A DNA stretch of 64,000 bases, from contig JASGJH010000001.1 in the NCBI GenBank assembly GCA_047601445.1, forward strand, positions 4,512,001 to 4,576,000, given 5' to 3'. The first letter of the stretch is position 1, and each line of letters opens with the position of its first letter. This stretch comes from Myxococcales bacterium. GTDB lineage: Bacteria > Myxococcota_A > Polyangia > Polyangiales > DASUME01. Below the pieces are notes generated by a model. It saw only the letters and a list, made by a program, of their open reading frames with translations. It made no database searches and had not been told where the DNA came from. The position numbers were made by a program, and so were the translations under genes. This document shows, piece after piece, positions 10,730 through 21,327 of this stretch.

Positions 10730-11809
10730 CTACTCCTCCTCGCGTCGACGGGCCATCAGCCCCGCCACCTCGTTGACCAGACTTCCGTCCAGATACTGTT
10801 GATAGGGCATGGGGCGCTTGTACACGTCGTTGCGCAGCTGAAAGTCGTCCACCACCTTGCTCGAATGCACCACGCTAGTGAGCGAAGCGCCCGCTCTGAA
10901 GTGCTCGATGTTTCCCGACATATCCAGGAAGAAGGTGCCCTTCATGAGCTGCTGGTACTTCTCGGCGCTCAACCCCACGCGTGCGCCCATGATGGCGCTC
11001 GCTTCGGCGAGGTTCTCGGGCTTGCTCAGGTAGTCGGCGATGCGAAACCAGACCTTCACCACCTTCTTCCACTCGGGGCGTCGCGTGGCCAGACTATCGG
11101 GATTCACCGCCAGCACGTCGTAGATCAAGCCGGGTGCGTCGGCGCTCGTGAAGACCGCCTTGGAGCCCGCCACCTCACTCAGCGCTTGTCCGCTGTTCGG
11201 CTGCCACGCCACGATGGCGTCCACCTGTCCAGACTTGAGCAACTGTGGCGTCTGATCGGTGGGCACGTTGACGAGCGTCACGTCCTTGTCCGTCAAGCCC
11301 GCTTGCTGCAGCGCTTGAATCAAGAGCAGATGGCTCACGAAGCCGATCTCCACACCCACTTTCTTGCCCTTGAGCGACTTCACGTCGGCGACGCTGCTCT
11401 TCGCCACCACCATGTCGTTACCGTTGCTGTAATCGTTGAGCAGGATGGCCACGCTGGGTGCGCCCGAACTGCCCGTGACGAGCGCATCGCCGTTGGTCAT
11501 GGTGACGGCGTCGACTTTGTGCGCAGAGAACGCCTCCATCGAAGGCACGTACTCGAACCACTTGAAGTCGACCTTGACCCCTTCTTCATCGAACCACTTC
11601 TTCTGAATGGCGATCTCCCAGGCCACCCAGCCCGGCCAATCACTGTATGCAATCGTCAGAGGCTCTTTCACCGCTGGAGCGCTCGCCGGCGCCGACTCAG
11701 CCTTGGATGACTCGGACGATTCCGCGGTTTTCTCCGGGGTTTTCTCCACTTTTGACCCGGAACAAGCAGCCAACACGAAGAACGAAAACGCGATTAGATT
11801 GCCACGCAT
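10730..11809 (-). CDS. ABC transporter substrate-binding lipoprotein, NitT/TauT (urea-carboxylase-associated) type
   Basis: Lipobox [29 protein letters not shown] motifs; directly upstream of atzF. Confidence 0.85.
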   Translation of the reverse strand: MRGNLIAFSFFVLAACSGSKVEKTPEKTAESSESSKAESAPASAPAVKEPLTIAYSDWPGWVAWEIAIQKKWFDEEGVKVDFKWFEYVPSMEAFSAHKVDAVTMTNGDALVTGSSGAPSVAILLNDYSNGNDMVVAKSSVADVKSLKGKKVGVEIGFVSHLLLIQALQQAGLTDKDVTLVNVPTDQTPQLLKSGQVDAIVAWQPNSGQALSEVAGSKAVFTSADAPGLIYDVLAVNPDSLATRRPEWKKVVKVWFRIADYLSKPENLAEASAIMGARVGLSAEKYQQLMKGTFFLDMSGNIEHFRAGASLTSVVHSSKVVDDFQLRNDVYKRPMPYQQYLDGSLVNEVAGLMARRREEE

Positions 11810-11973
11810 ACAGAGACTCCTTTCTCTGAACACTTTCGAAACCAACTCAGATTACGTGTCGATGTCAGAGCGCTTTTGATCGGAAGACCGCAATGCAAGT
11901 TCGGCGTTTCTCGCTCGATTTGTTGCGGATCTGAAAAAGCGCACTGCAGTGCTTCTGCTAGCCTGAGTGTTCG

Positions 11974-12699
11974 ATGACCTCTCAAGCTGTGACCGAGAAA
12001 CGCCGTGTCGGTCGGCCGCGCAAGCGCCTCACCACGACCGTCACGGGGGAACCGAGAGAAGAGATCCTCACCGTGGCCGCCGACCTCTTCGCCGAGCGCG
12101 GCATCGCGGAGGTCTCCATGATGGAGATCGCGGAGGTGGTGGGCCTCGGGCAATCGTCCCTCTACTACTGGTTCAAGCGCAAGGAGTTGATCCTCGCCGA
12201 ACTGCTCCAACAGGTGAACCGACTGCCCCTGGCCTTCGCCAAGCAGCTCGCGTCGCACCACGAGGGCGCCGACCTTCAACTCTACCGCTTGATTCGCTTC
12301 GACGTTCATACGGTGTGCACGTTCCCTCTGGAGATCACGGAGATTCATCGCTTCAGCCATCGTGACCCTGCTGCCTTCGAGACCTACTGGCTGGAGCGTG
12401 CCGAGCTGATTCATGCGGTGGAGAAGCTGGTGGAGCGCGGCGTGAGCGAAGGAGCTTTCTCGAATGTCGATGCCTATCTCACGGCGGTCATGATCATCGC
12501 GCAGGACGAGAGCGTGCAGAACTGGTACCCGCGTCCGATGCAGCCCGCGCTCTCGGTTCATCCGAAGATCGATCGGGCAAGAAGCTATGAGCCCAACGCC
12601 ATCGCAGAGTTCGTCGCCACCAGGACCATCGCCGGTCTGTTGGCCAAGTCGTCGCGGCTCGAAACCCTGAGAAAGCAGGCCCAGAAGGAGTCGCGCTGA
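11974..12699 (+). CDS. TetR/AcrR-family transcriptional regulator
   Basis: REEILTVAADLFAERG...IAEVVGLGQSSLYYWFKRKELIL HTH; N-terminal GRPRK; divergent from the SBP-atzF pair. Confidence 0.92.
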   Translation: MTSQAVTEKRRVGRPRKRLTTTVTGEPREEILTVAADLFAERGIAEVSMMEIAEVVGLGQSSLYYWFKRKELILAELLQQVNRLPLAFAKQLASHHEGADLQLYRLIRFDVHTVCTFPLEITEIHRFSHRDPAAFETYWLERAELIHAVEKLVERGVSEGAFSNVDAYLTAVMIIAQDESVQNWYPRPMQPALSVHPKIDRARSYEPNAIAEFVATRTIAGLLAKSSRLETLRKQAQKESR

Positions 12700-12755
12700 C
12701 TTCGGCTGGGCACGAGGAAGAGGAACAGAGAGCGTCGAAAAATCCGTGCGAATCA

Positions 12756-12787
12756 AGGGCTGGAGCTCCCGCAGGAGCCCCAGCCCT
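12756..12787. terminator. Hairpin between convergent genes (likely terminator)
   Basis: AGGGCTGGAGCTCC-cgca-GGAGCCCCAGCCCT imperfect inverted repeat. Confidence 0.55.
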
Positions 12788-12801
12788 CTTGCTTGCGTAG
12801 G

Positions 12802-14922
12802 TTACTTCTGCGCGCGGGCGCGGCGGCGCAGCTGACGGCTGCGGAACATCATCGCCAGGCCTGCGATCAGACCCGCCATGAGGTTGCCGTGTCCGGGCAG
12901 ACCGGGGCTCGACACACTGCAGTCGTCGGACGAATCATCGTCGTCGGGTGCACCGGCGTCCGGAACGTCGCAGCTGATCCCGCCGTCGGCCGTGGGCGCG
13001 GGCGCATCGCCATCGCCGTCACCAGGAGCCGGCGCGTCGCCATCGCCGTCGCCAGGAGCCGGCGCGTCGCCGTCGCCATCGCCGCCAGACATGCCGGCGT
13101 CGGGCGTGCCGGCGTCGGGCTCGGGCGTGACGATGGTGCCGACCAGGAGCTCGATGTCCTTGGTGGTGGTGAGGTTCGCGTGGTCCGTGATCTCGAGCTT
13201 GATCTTCAGCGTGGTGCCGTTGGGCTGGGCCGGAATCACCGCGCGGAATAGATCGCCGCCGACGAAGGTGGCGGGCAGGGTCTCGCTGGTGCTGCCGGTG
13301 TCGTAGGTGAAGACGGCCGACTTGATCATCTGGCCGGTCTCGGAAGTGACACGGTCGCGCACACCGAAGCGGATCACGGTGGGCTCGCCCGGCACTGCCA
13401 CCACCTCTTCCACCTTGCGGAAGGCGGGCGGCGTGACGTCGGGCTTGGAATTGTCGGAGCCGAGGTAGATGCGATCCATCCACGACTTTCCGCCCTCGCC
13501 CTGACCCGTCACGATGTCGAGCAGTCCGTCGCCGTCCAGGTCCGCGATGTCGACGCCGAGCGTGGCGTCGTCCTCGATCGCGCCGCCGAGCGTGAGGCTC
13601 GGCAGGGCGCCGCTGACGTAGGTCCACTTGCCGGTGCCGTCGTTGATCAGCACCTTCTCGCCGGGAACGGTCAGCGAGGCCACGAAGAGGTCGTAGTAGC
13701 CGTCGCCGTCGAAGTCGGCGCACTTGACGGCATTGTCGTCGCCACCGGGTTCACCGAAGAGACGGGTCGCGGATTCATCGGCAAAATGGCCGGTTCCGTC
13801 GTTGACCAGGACCTGGCTGAAGTTGCCCTCGCCACCGGCAGGCTTGGGGCCCGCGTTGTCGAGGAACATGTCGAGGTCGCCGTCGAGGTCGAAGTCGCAC
13901 AACTCCTGGTTGTAGACGTAGGGCCCGAGCTTGTAAGGATAGTTGAGCGTCTCGTTGGCCCCCGTGTGATCGTCGAAGTGCGCCGTGCCGTCATTCACGA
14001 ACAGGCGGCTCTGGCCGTTGCGGTGGTTGACGATGATGTCGAGGTCGAAGTCCCCGTCGATGTCCGCCATGTCGATGTCGATGGGTGTGCGTCCCCAGCC
14101 GTGATCGTTGGGGTCGGCCTTGCCGTTGGAGCCCAGGTTCTGGATCGAGCGCATGGGCGGCGGAATCACGTTGGTGGGCTGTTGAGCGAAGCCACCCGCG
14201 CCGTCGTTGAGATAGACCCAGGTATTGCCGGGCTGCGCGCCGCGGGTCAGCGGGGGCACGCCCCAGTCGGCCACGATCAGATCGAGATCGCCGTCGCCAT
14301 CCAGGTCGCCCAGGTGCGAAGAACCCGCCAGCGACTTGAGCTTGCCCGGCAAGAGCAGGTCCGCCTTGTTCACGAAGCTGCCGTCGTCTTGCTGAATCCA
14401 GAGCTTGTCCAGATCCGCGCCATAGCCGCCGGGCTGGTAGATGTCCGGCAAGCCATCACCCGTCACGTCGCCGACCGAGAGCTGGCGCAGGCGCGAGGAA
14501 GCCCCGCCGAACTTGCTGGTGGTGACGTTCTGGAATGCACCGGTGCCGTCGTTGAGGAATACCGTGGATTCCTCCGCGTAGCCCAGGGAGTAATAGCGAC
14601 CGCCGTTCGCGAACAAGATGTCCGGGTCCGCGTCGTTGTCGATGTCGGTGACCACCAACCAGCTCGTGTAGCAGCCGGGGCCAGGCCAATCCTCGGGGTC
14701 CTCTCCGGCGGGGATCACCGGGCACTGAAGTCCGTTCTCCACCGTCGAAGGGAAGTTGGTCGTCGTCTTGTCTGTGAAGTACGGGGTGGCCTCGGGCGGA
14801 TCCTCCGCAGACGCGACACCCGGCAAGCTGCATAGCGCGCTGATCAACAGGGAGCTGGGTCGCCCGAGCCGACTGGCCAGCAGTCTCGCATTCGTCTTTC
14901 TCGTTCTTACTACTTTCGTCAT
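12802..14922 (-). CDS. Secreted FG-GAP/VCBS repeat (beta-propeller) protein with MYXO-CTERM-like C-terminal sorting signal
   Basis: Seven DxDxDGxxD-type repeats; signal peptide; C-terminus DDCSVSSPG...hydrophobic...RRRAR. Confidence 0.85.
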   Translation of the reverse strand: MTKVVRTRKTNARLLASRLGRPSSLLISALCSLPGVASAEDPPEATPYFTDKTTTNFPSTVENGLQCPVIPAGEDPEDWPGPGCYTSWLVVTDIDNDADPDILFANGGRYYSLGYAEESTVFLNDGTGAFQNVTTSKFGGASSRLRQLSVGDVTGDGLPDIYQPGGYGADLDKLWIQQDDGSFVNKADLLLPGKLKSLAGSSHLGDLDGDGDLDLIVADWGVPPLTRGAQPGNTWVYLNDGAGGFAQQPTNVIPPPMRSIQNLGSNGKADPNDHGWGRTPIDIDMADIDGDFDLDIIVNHRNGQSRLFVNDGTAHFDDHTGANETLNYPYKLGPYVYNQELCDFDLDGDLDMFLDNAGPKPAGGEGNFSQVLVNDGTGHFADESATRLFGEPGGDDNAVKCADFDGDGYYDLFVASLTVPGEKVLINDGTGKWTYVSGALPSLTLGGAIEDDATLGVDIADLDGDGLLDIVTGQGEGGKSWMDRIYLGSDNSKPDVTPPAFRKVEEVVAVPGEPTVIRFGVRDRVTSETGQMIKSAVFTYDTGSTSETLPATFVGGDLFRAVIPAQPNGTTLKIKLEITDHANLTTTKDIELLVGTIVTPEPDAGTPDAGMSGGDGDGDAPAPGDGDGDAPAPGDGDGDAPAPTADGGISCDVPDAGAPDDDDSSDDCSVSSPGLPGHGNLMAGLIAGLAMMFRSRQLRRRARAQK

Positions 14923-14949
14923 GGGCAGGGTCCTTGTCTGGCGTGGGGG

Positions 14950-17343
14950 TTAGCGGGCGGACACAGTGAGAGGGCCTTCGGAGGCGCAGTCGACCGAGAA
15001 GGCCCCGGTGACGGCAGCCTCGATCTTCGAGCACGTCGTGAAGTAGCTGGCGGAGGGCAGCGTGAGCTTGGGCGCCTCGCTCGCGTCTTCGGGCGCGAGA
15101 CCACCGAGCAGGAACTGAGGACTCGAGACGATCACGCCGCACACCTTGCGCAGGCCCGCCTGGGCATCGAGCAAGCTCTTGGCGTCGGTGTCGAGCGTGG
15201 CCCCCAACAGCGACTCGAGCGCGGGCTTCTCGGCCAGCGGCTCGATGCTGGTGCGTCCGACCAGGCGATCCTTGAGGGCGATCACCAGGTCCGCCACCGT
15301 GGCTTTGCCGGGTGCGGTGACCTGCGCCAACAAGAGATCGATGTAGTCGGTCGCGGCGGGGTCGAGCTTGCTGCACACCGCGAAGCGATCTTCCCAGCCC
15401 AAGCGCGCCTGGAAGTCGAAGCCGCGGAAGCCAGGCTCGGAGTTCTTGAGGTAGTGTCCGGTCTCCGACTGGAACGTGCGTTCGGCGTCGATGATCGGGA
15501 AGATCGGGTCCTCGGGATCCACGTTGAAGGTGTCCGGGAAGGTCGAGTTGGGTGCGATGGGCGTCCAACCCATGGCGGAGTAGACCAGGCTGGCGGCCGT
15601 GCGGCTGGGCAGCGACACGATGCCGTCGGCGGCGCTGTTCTTGCGCTTGGCAGCGTCGGTCTCCGCGATGACCCACGGATCGAAGATCGCGGGCAGGGCG
15701 TAGGGCTTGGCGCCGCAACCCTCGGAGGGAGCGGGCACGTTGAAGTACGGGCTCGCCAGCACGGTCTCCACCAGCTTGCGGTTGGAGAAGCCGGACTTGA
15801 TGAACTCCTCGGTGAGGTGCTGCAGCTGATCGCGCGCGGCGGCGTTGCGCGGGAAGCGCGTGGGGATGGTGAGCGGCGTGCCCACGATCTGGATCCACAC
15901 CTTCTCCACGATGTTCATGGCCGTGAGGTAAGCGAACGCCTTGTCGGGATCCGCGACCTCGCCCGCCTCATCGGCGCCCAGGCCTTCCTTCTTGAGCTTG
16001 GCGAAGCCGGTGCGCAGGGACTCGGCAAGGCCCCAGGGGGAGGTGCGCAGGCCGGTCAGGTTGCCGAACTTGGCCTGCACGCCCGCGAGGTCGATGGTGA
16101 CGTACTTCTCTTCCTTGTACTTACCGCACGCGGCCGCCCAGCCCCACGGACGCGCCTGGCGCTTGGCCACTTCCGAGGCGCAGATGCGTTCGTTGAGGCA
16201 GCGCACGACGAGCTCGTTGGGGTCGGCGCACTTCACGTTGGCCTGAGCCTGTGTCTGCGTGCGCGTGCCGCAGTCGTTGACGAAGTCGCGATAGCGAAGG
16301 GGTGCGTGGGAGCGGTCGCCGCCCTCGTAGCCGCCGAAGGTGACGGGGCCCGTCGACTCACCGAACAAGCTCTTCTCGAGCAGCGCGTTGATCGGGAAGT
16401 GGCGATTGGTGAGCGGGTTGTTGGTCTGCGTGACCGAGAACTCGCTGTTGTGGCAGTTGAGACAGACCGTGTCGCGGTGCAGGTACACGCCTTCGAACCA
16501 GGCGCCGAAGTCGCGACGGCGCGTGAGCTCGAGGGCGACCGGCGTCGCGTTTGCGCCCAGGTACGTGAGAGTCAACATCGCGAAGATGTTCGCGTCGTAG
16601 ATGGGCGTGACGTCGTCGAGGGCCAGCGATCCCTGCACCACGTCGTACATGGTGAAGGTGCCGGTGCCGCCCCCATCGGAGCTGGCAGGCTTGCTGCGGA
16701 TGGTGGCCGCCACGGCCACAGGGTTCGCGTTCATCGGCTCCGCGAAGCACGGGCCGTTGTACTGCTCGTCGGCGCGCTGCACCTTGATGAAGTCGCGATA
16801 GAGCTCGGCCCAATACTTCGCGTACCCGGAATCCTTGAACAGGATGTCGAGCAGGGCCTTGCGCGAGCGCCGCAGCTTGGAGCCAGGCGGGTTGGTCTCA
16901 TCGGTCACGTGATCGATGGCGTCGATCTGGCCGATCAGATCTGCATAGGCCTGGACCTCGGCCTGCGAGTAGGGTCGACGGCCCAGCACGGCCATCAAGG
17001 CGTTGCGTACGAAGGCCTGGTCGGAGCTTTGACAGGCGTACCAGGGGGTTTCTGGTGTACCGCCATCTCCGTCTCCGTCTCCATCACCCACGGGCGCGTC
17101 GCCATCGCCATCGCCCACGGGTGCATCGCCATCGCCCACGGGTGCGTCGCCGTCGCCCACCGGAGCGTCGCCATCCCCCACGGGCGCGTCGCCATCTCCA
17201 ACGGGCGCATCGCCGTCACCGACGGGTGCGTCGCCATCGCCGGACGTCCCCGCATCGAGGTTCGGTCCGAGCATCTTCGCGCTGTCACCACAGGCCACCA
17301 GAGTGAGGGCGCAGACCAAGAGAAATCTTTGATAGCTACTCAT
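14950..17343 (-). CDS. Large lipoprotein with one CxxCH motif (DUF1549/DUF1553-like partner of DUF1501)
   Basis: Lipobox LVAC; GDGDAPV repeats; FVRNALMAVLGRRP, CLNCH, LTEEFIKSGFSNRKLVETVLASPYF resemble DUF1549/1553-type proteins; overlaps the upstream stop (ATGA-type). Confidence 0.65.
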   Translation of the reverse strand: MSSYQRFLLVCALTLVACGDSAKMLGPNLDAGTSGDGDAPVGDGDAPVGDGDAPVGDGDAPVGDGDAPVGDGDAPVGDGDGDAPVGDGDGDGDGGTPETPWYACQSSDQAFVRNALMAVLGRRPYSQAEVQAYADLIGQIDAIDHVTDETNPPGSKLRRSRKALLDILFKDSGYAKYWAELYRDFIKVQRADEQYNGPCFAEPMNANPVAVAATIRSKPASSDGGGTGTFTMYDVVQGSLALDDVTPIYDANIFAMLTLTYLGANATPVALELTRRRDFGAWFEGVYLHRDTVCLNCHNSEFSVTQTNNPLTNRHFPINALLEKSLFGESTGPVTFGGYEGGDRSHAPLRYRDFVNDCGTRTQTQAQANVKCADPNELVVRCLNERICASEVAKRQARPWGWAAACGKYKEEKYVTIDLAGVQAKFGNLTGLRTSPWGLAESLRTGFAKLKKEGLGADEAGEVADPDKAFAYLTAMNIVEKVWIQIVGTPLTIPTRFPRNAAARDQLQHLTEEFIKSGFSNRKLVETVLASPYFNVPAPSEGCGAKPYALPAIFDPWVIAETDAAKRKNSAADGIVSLPSRTAASLVYSAMGWTPIAPNSTFPDTFNVDPEDPIFPIIDAERTFQSETGHYLKNSEPGFRGFDFQARLGWEDRFAVCSKLDPAATDYIDLLLAQVTAPGKATVADLVIALKDRLVGRTSIEPLAEKPALESLLGATLDTDAKSLLDAQAGLRKVCGVIVSSPQFLLGGLAPEDASEAPKLTLPSASYFTTCSKIEAAVTGAFSVDCASEGPLTVSAR
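17062..17241 (-). repeat. 21-bp tandem repeat encoding GDGDAPV (about 6 copies) plus GD runs
   Basis: Direct translation of the ORF N-terminal region. Confidence 0.9.
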
Positions 17344-18866
17344 AGTTGGTACCCCAGCACGCGCTTGGTGACGTCGACGATGGCGGCGGCGTCCTCCGAT
17401 TGGTTCTGAATCTCGCTGTTGCTGTAGCCGGCCTGGTCGAAGGGCCAGATGCCCATGGCCAACAGCGCTGCGATGCGATTCTCGGTGGGAGTGGTGAAGA
17501 CCTTGGCCTGACCGCTCTCCTCGATGGACCCGTACACGCCCTTTTGGGCTTCCGTGATGGGGCCGCCGATGTAGACCTGCATGTAGCCGTAGGGCCAGTG
17601 GTTGCGGCCGAAACCGCCGTTCTGTGCGGTGGGCGCGCGCCCAAACTCCTGGTTCAGGATGACCATCGTCTTGTCGAGATCGATCTTGTTGGGGTCGTTC
17701 TCGCCGGGCTTGTTGATGCTGGCGAGCAAGTTGGTCAGCAGGTTGTTCAAGTTGCGCGACTGCGTGAAGGTCATCTCACGGTGCGTGTCGTAGCCGCCGC
17801 CACCGTCGGCTTCCTCGAGTCCCGTGTCGACCACACAGCAATGCTTGGCTGGCGAGACGGGGTGCGTGAGCAAGTGCGTCGCCAGGCGCAAGCTCATGGC
17901 GGGCACGTTGATGTCGTTGGTCTCGCCGCAGGCGGCGCCAGGCAGCTTCACGAACAGGCTCGGATCGAGCACGTCCTTCACGCTCTGGGAGCCCGACACC
18001 GACTTGGCCGCTTGCGCGAGCTCGCGGTAACGCGTGGCGCGCAGCGGATCGCCCTGCTTGCCGAACTTGAGCTGAGACTCGTACTGATCGAAGTAGGCCT
18101 GCATCAGCGCGTCGTACTTGGTGCGGTCGTCGGACGAACCGACCGAGGTGCGGTCCAGCAGCTGGTTGAGGCGGCTCACGTTGTCGACCTTGATCAACAG
18201 CGGGCGCGCGGAGCCCGGGTGCAGGCCCGTGGCCACCAACGCGAGCACGTTGTCGGTGGGGATGAAGCCACCGGCCGTGGCGAAGCCGTAGGAGAAGGGA
18301 GCGGTGCGCGTGCCCGTCTCGATGTCCACGAAATGACGCTGTACGTGAGCGCCGAGGCTCGCCAGCGCCGGTGAGCCCAGGGTCTTGCCACAGATGGCCA
18401 GTGGGATGGCAGCTTCATGCGGCTCGAGCCCGTGGCGATTGATGACGATGCGCATACGCTTGAGCACGTCCGGCCGAGCGAGGATCGGCTGCAGGAACGG
18501 CCCGAGAAAAACTTGCTTCCCCAGCGAGTCCGTGGCGAAGGGGGTCAGGAGATTGTTGGCGTTGTAGTCGGTGTAGCCGCAGAGCGCGCTGGCCTGCACG
18601 GTGCGGTCCAGGAACGTGTACAGCCAGGCCGCGTTGTTCTTGCCGAAGGTGTCCGAGCAATAGAAGGTTTCCCACGGCGATACGCCGCCGTACATGAACA
18701 CTTCGAGAATGCTCTGGGCCTGGTTCGCCTTCGGCAGCATGGCGCCCGTGTAGTCCGCGGGGACCTCGCCGAACGGCAGCGCCTTGGCGCGGTTGATGAA
18801 AGGTCCAGACAGCGCCGCAGCCGCGACGCCCCCTGCCGTTGCCTGCAAAAAATGTCGTCTCTTCAT
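17340..18866 (-). CDS. Tat-exported DUF1501-like protein
   Basis: MKRRHFLQ twin-arginine signal; FMYGGVSPWETF, GGGYDTH, LDKTMVILNQEFGRAP, GRNHWPYG. Confidence 0.85.
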   Translation of the reverse strand: MKRRHFLQATAGGVAAAALSGPFINRAKALPFGEVPADYTGAMLPKANQAQSILEVFMYGGVSPWETFYCSDTFGKNNAAWLYTFLDRTVQASALCGYTDYNANNLLTPFATDSLGKQVFLGPFLQPILARPDVLKRMRIVINRHGLEPHEAAIPLAICGKTLGSPALASLGAHVQRHFVDIETGTRTAPFSYGFATAGGFIPTDNVLALVATGLHPGSARPLLIKVDNVSRLNQLLDRTSVGSSDDRTKYDALMQAYFDQYESQLKFGKQGDPLRATRYRELAQAAKSVSGSQSVKDVLDPSLFVKLPGAACGETNDINVPAMSLRLATHLLTHPVSPAKHCCVVDTGLEEADGGGGYDTHREMTFTQSRNLNNLLTNLLASINKPGENDPNKIDLDKTMVILNQEFGRAPTAQNGGFGRNHWPYGYMQVYIGGPITEAQKGVYGSIEESGQAKVFTTPTENRIAALLAMGIWPFDQAGYSNSEIQNQSEDAAAIVDVTKRVLGYQL

Positions 18867-18912
18867 GCGCTCCTCCTCGGGTGCTCGAAACCAATGGGGG
18901 GGTTTAAGGGGC

Positions 18913-19530
18913 TCACTTTCCGTGACCGGGGCAGACGAACTTGATCACTCTCTTCACGGCCGGTTGTCCGCGCAGGAACGCGATCACATCGGCGACCTCG
19001 CTCTCCGACAGCTCGAACTTGGGCATGCCGGTGCACAGCGTCTTGCCGTCGTTGCCCACGCCTTGCGTGATGGCCTTGGCAATCTGCGCGTCGGTCCAGC
19101 TCTTGAGTCCGGTGGCGTCGGGGGTCAGGTTGGGGAAGAAGCCGAGCCCCGAGTAGTCCTCCTGATGACAGTCGGCGCACATCTCGGTCTCCGCGATGGC
19201 CTTGCCGCGCAGGTAAGCCTCACTGTGAGCGGGCTCGCCGCCGCCCGCGTCGGGCGTCTCCGTGTCTCCGTCGCCACCTGGTTCGGTGCCTGCGTCGACA
19301 TCGTCGTCACCGTCACCGACCGGCGCATCGCCATCGCCCGCGGGCGCGTCGCCGTCTCCGGTGGGCGCGTCGCCATCGCCCATCATCGAAGTCGCGTCGC
19401 CGTCGCCATCGCCCTTGATGTCCTCGATGACCTTGCCGGTATCGACGTCGTCGCCACCGCAACCCAGGACGAGCGCGAGACAGCCCAGACGCAGCCATCG
19501 ATAGGTTGAGTGCTTTACTTCTTCCCGCAT
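18913..19530 (-). CDS. Monoheme cytochrome c lipoprotein
   Basis: Lipobox VLGC; CADCH; PNLTPDATGLKSWTDAQIAKAITQG; MPKF distal Met. Confidence 0.9.
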   Translation of the reverse strand: MREEVKHSTYRWLRLGCLALVLGCGGDDVDTGKVIEDIKGDGDGDATSMMGDGDAPTGDGDAPAGDGDAPVGDGDDDVDAGTEPGGDGDTETPDAGGGEPAHSEAYLRGKAIAETEMCADCHQEDYSGLGFFPNLTPDATGLKSWTDAQIAKAITQGVGNDGKTLCTGMPKFELSESEVADVIAFLRGQPAVKRVIKFVCPGHGK

Positions 19531-20512
19531 TCGGCCATCTCCTTGTTGCTCGGCCGCAGATGGACAGTCGCGGGCGCAAGAGAGCCGAGCCCCTCACGGG
19601 GGGCCGTTCTCCTCACCAGTCTTACTGTTGTCTGGAGCCTGTCCGTTCTTACTATGGTGATAAGGGGCGGCCGCCGGCAGGGCTGGGGACGGCGAGCCCA
19701 CCTGGAGCTCCCACGCAGCCATACCGTCGCCGTCTCTCAATTCGCTATGCCATCAAATTGCTTGTGCCAGAGGTACATTTAGATGGTGTTTCGAGACCGC
19801 AAAACCCCCGGCAATACGCAGTTTTTCTTTCACCCCCCGCTTGTTTCGCTGCGACATCAAAAGCGGGTCCGCAAAGCCATCGAGAAGTGTTTAGGAAACG
19901 CAGCAGAAAACATGGCTAGGCGCGCGTAGCCCGAGCGTTTTCGCGTAACGCTTCGAGGAGCACGTCAATTCTCGATCAATCCAGGTCGGATCTGAGTGTT
20001 TGAGTCAGACGGATCCCACGCCTCTGTCGCTTCAACTGAGTCAGACCGAATCGAAGCATGGCCTCACGCTGCATGACCTGCTTGAGGCCGAGGCGAGCCT
20101 GCGCGAGGTCGCATGCGCCCGTCGGCATGGGAGGCGGCCACGCGATCATGCGTGCTCCAAGGACGAGTTTTGCGAGGTTTTGCGGCGTCGCAGCGCGTGC
20201 GCGCGACGGGAGGCGATCGAAGGCCGCCAGCGAAGGCGGATCCGCCTTCTTGCACGCTCCCGAAGCGTTGACGGAAGTTGGGGCGTTCTTGCCGAAGTTG
20301 AGGCGTTGTGTGACAGGCGCAGGCCCGAGTCCGTCGCGCCGTGTAGTGCTGAATCGAGTTCGAACGATGTGAAGTTTCGGGACGAAAAACGGAGGATTTA
20401 GGTCGAGGACATCGACGAGGAAAGCTTTCGCTCGGGTCGCGCGTGCGATATGGCATTCGAGAAGAACGACAGAGCGCAGCGCGCAGTCGTTCGACAACAC
20501 CGAGGCGAACTC

Positions 20513-21295
20513 ATGAGCCGTTGCCACGCCTGCTTGGCTGGGCTGCTCGTCATCCTCTCGCTGGGCTGCCAGCCGGATGACGACGCGTCCGTGGATCACA
20601 AGACCGATCGCTATCCATTCAATCCCGACGACCCGAGCGCGGACGCAGGCGAGAGCACTGCTCGCGATGAACCCGAGCTGGATGGCGGCCGTGACAGCGA
20701 TGGCGGCAGCACGTCCGAAGCGGATGCGCAGGCACCAGACGCCTCGCACCGTGACGCAGGCCACGACGGGGAGATGCCCACGGACGATGCAGGCGCCACC
20801 GGTGATGGCGACGGAGATCCGGGCGCGGGCTTGGATGGCGGCGACCGACCCACGGATGAAGAGGAGGAGCCAGGCGGCCTCGACGCCGGAGAGGATGCGG
20901 AGCGCGACGCCGACGTGACGGGCGACGCCGGGACCGACGCTGGCAACGAAGAGCCCAGCCCACCCGCCACCTTCACACGCGTGTTCGAGATCTTCAGCCA
21001 GCAATGTCGGGGCTGTCACCGCGGAGGTAGCCAATTCAGCCTGGATTTGGGCACCAAAGCCACGGCCTATGACGAGCTGATCGGGGGCCCGAGCAAGGGG
21101 GCCGCGGAGTTCATCACGTGCGCCAACCAAGGCTACTTCCGCGTGGTGCCGGGCAAGCCGGATGAGAGTCTTCTCATCCAGAAGCTCGAGGGCATTCAGC
21201 CATGTGGCGATCAGATGCCGCCAGGCAAGGCGCTGTCTGCGGCGCAGCTGCGCGAGGTGCGCTCGTGGATCATGGCCGGTGCGTTGAACAACTGA
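20513..21295 (+). CDS. Cytochrome c domain lipoprotein (planctomycete cytochrome-c-like)
   Basis: Lipobox SLGC; acidic tether; CRGCH; RVVPGKPDESLLIQKL; QMPP; WIMAGA. Confidence 0.85.
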   Translation: MSRCHACLAGLLVILSLGCQPDDDASVDHKTDRYPFNPDDPSADAGESTARDEPELDGGRDSDGGSTSEADAQAPDASHRDAGHDGEMPTDDAGATGDGDGDPGAGLDGGDRPTDEEEEPGGLDAGEDAERDADVTGDAGTDAGNEEPSPPATFTRVFEIFSQQCRGCHRGGSQFSLDLGTKATAYDELIGGPSKGAAEFITCANQGYFRVVPGKPDESLLIQKLEGIQPCGDQMPPGKALSAAQLREVRSWIMAGALNN

Positions 21296-21327
21296 GCGCA
21301 CCGCATCTATTAAAGGATGGAGGAGAC

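Noticed and set aside
11810..11973. Expected guanidine riboswitch upstream of the SBP
   Set aside because: No recognisable conserved motif on either strand by eye
15454..17409. Long antisense and alternative-frame ORFs (also 35005-36741, 36614-38623, 7330-8814, 47279-48577)
   Set aside because: Shadow ORFs expected in high-GC DNA, overlapping well-supported genes
19976..20450. ORFs in the spacer between the divergent cytochrome genes
   Set aside because: No convincing start, RBS, codon bias or motif; left unannotated
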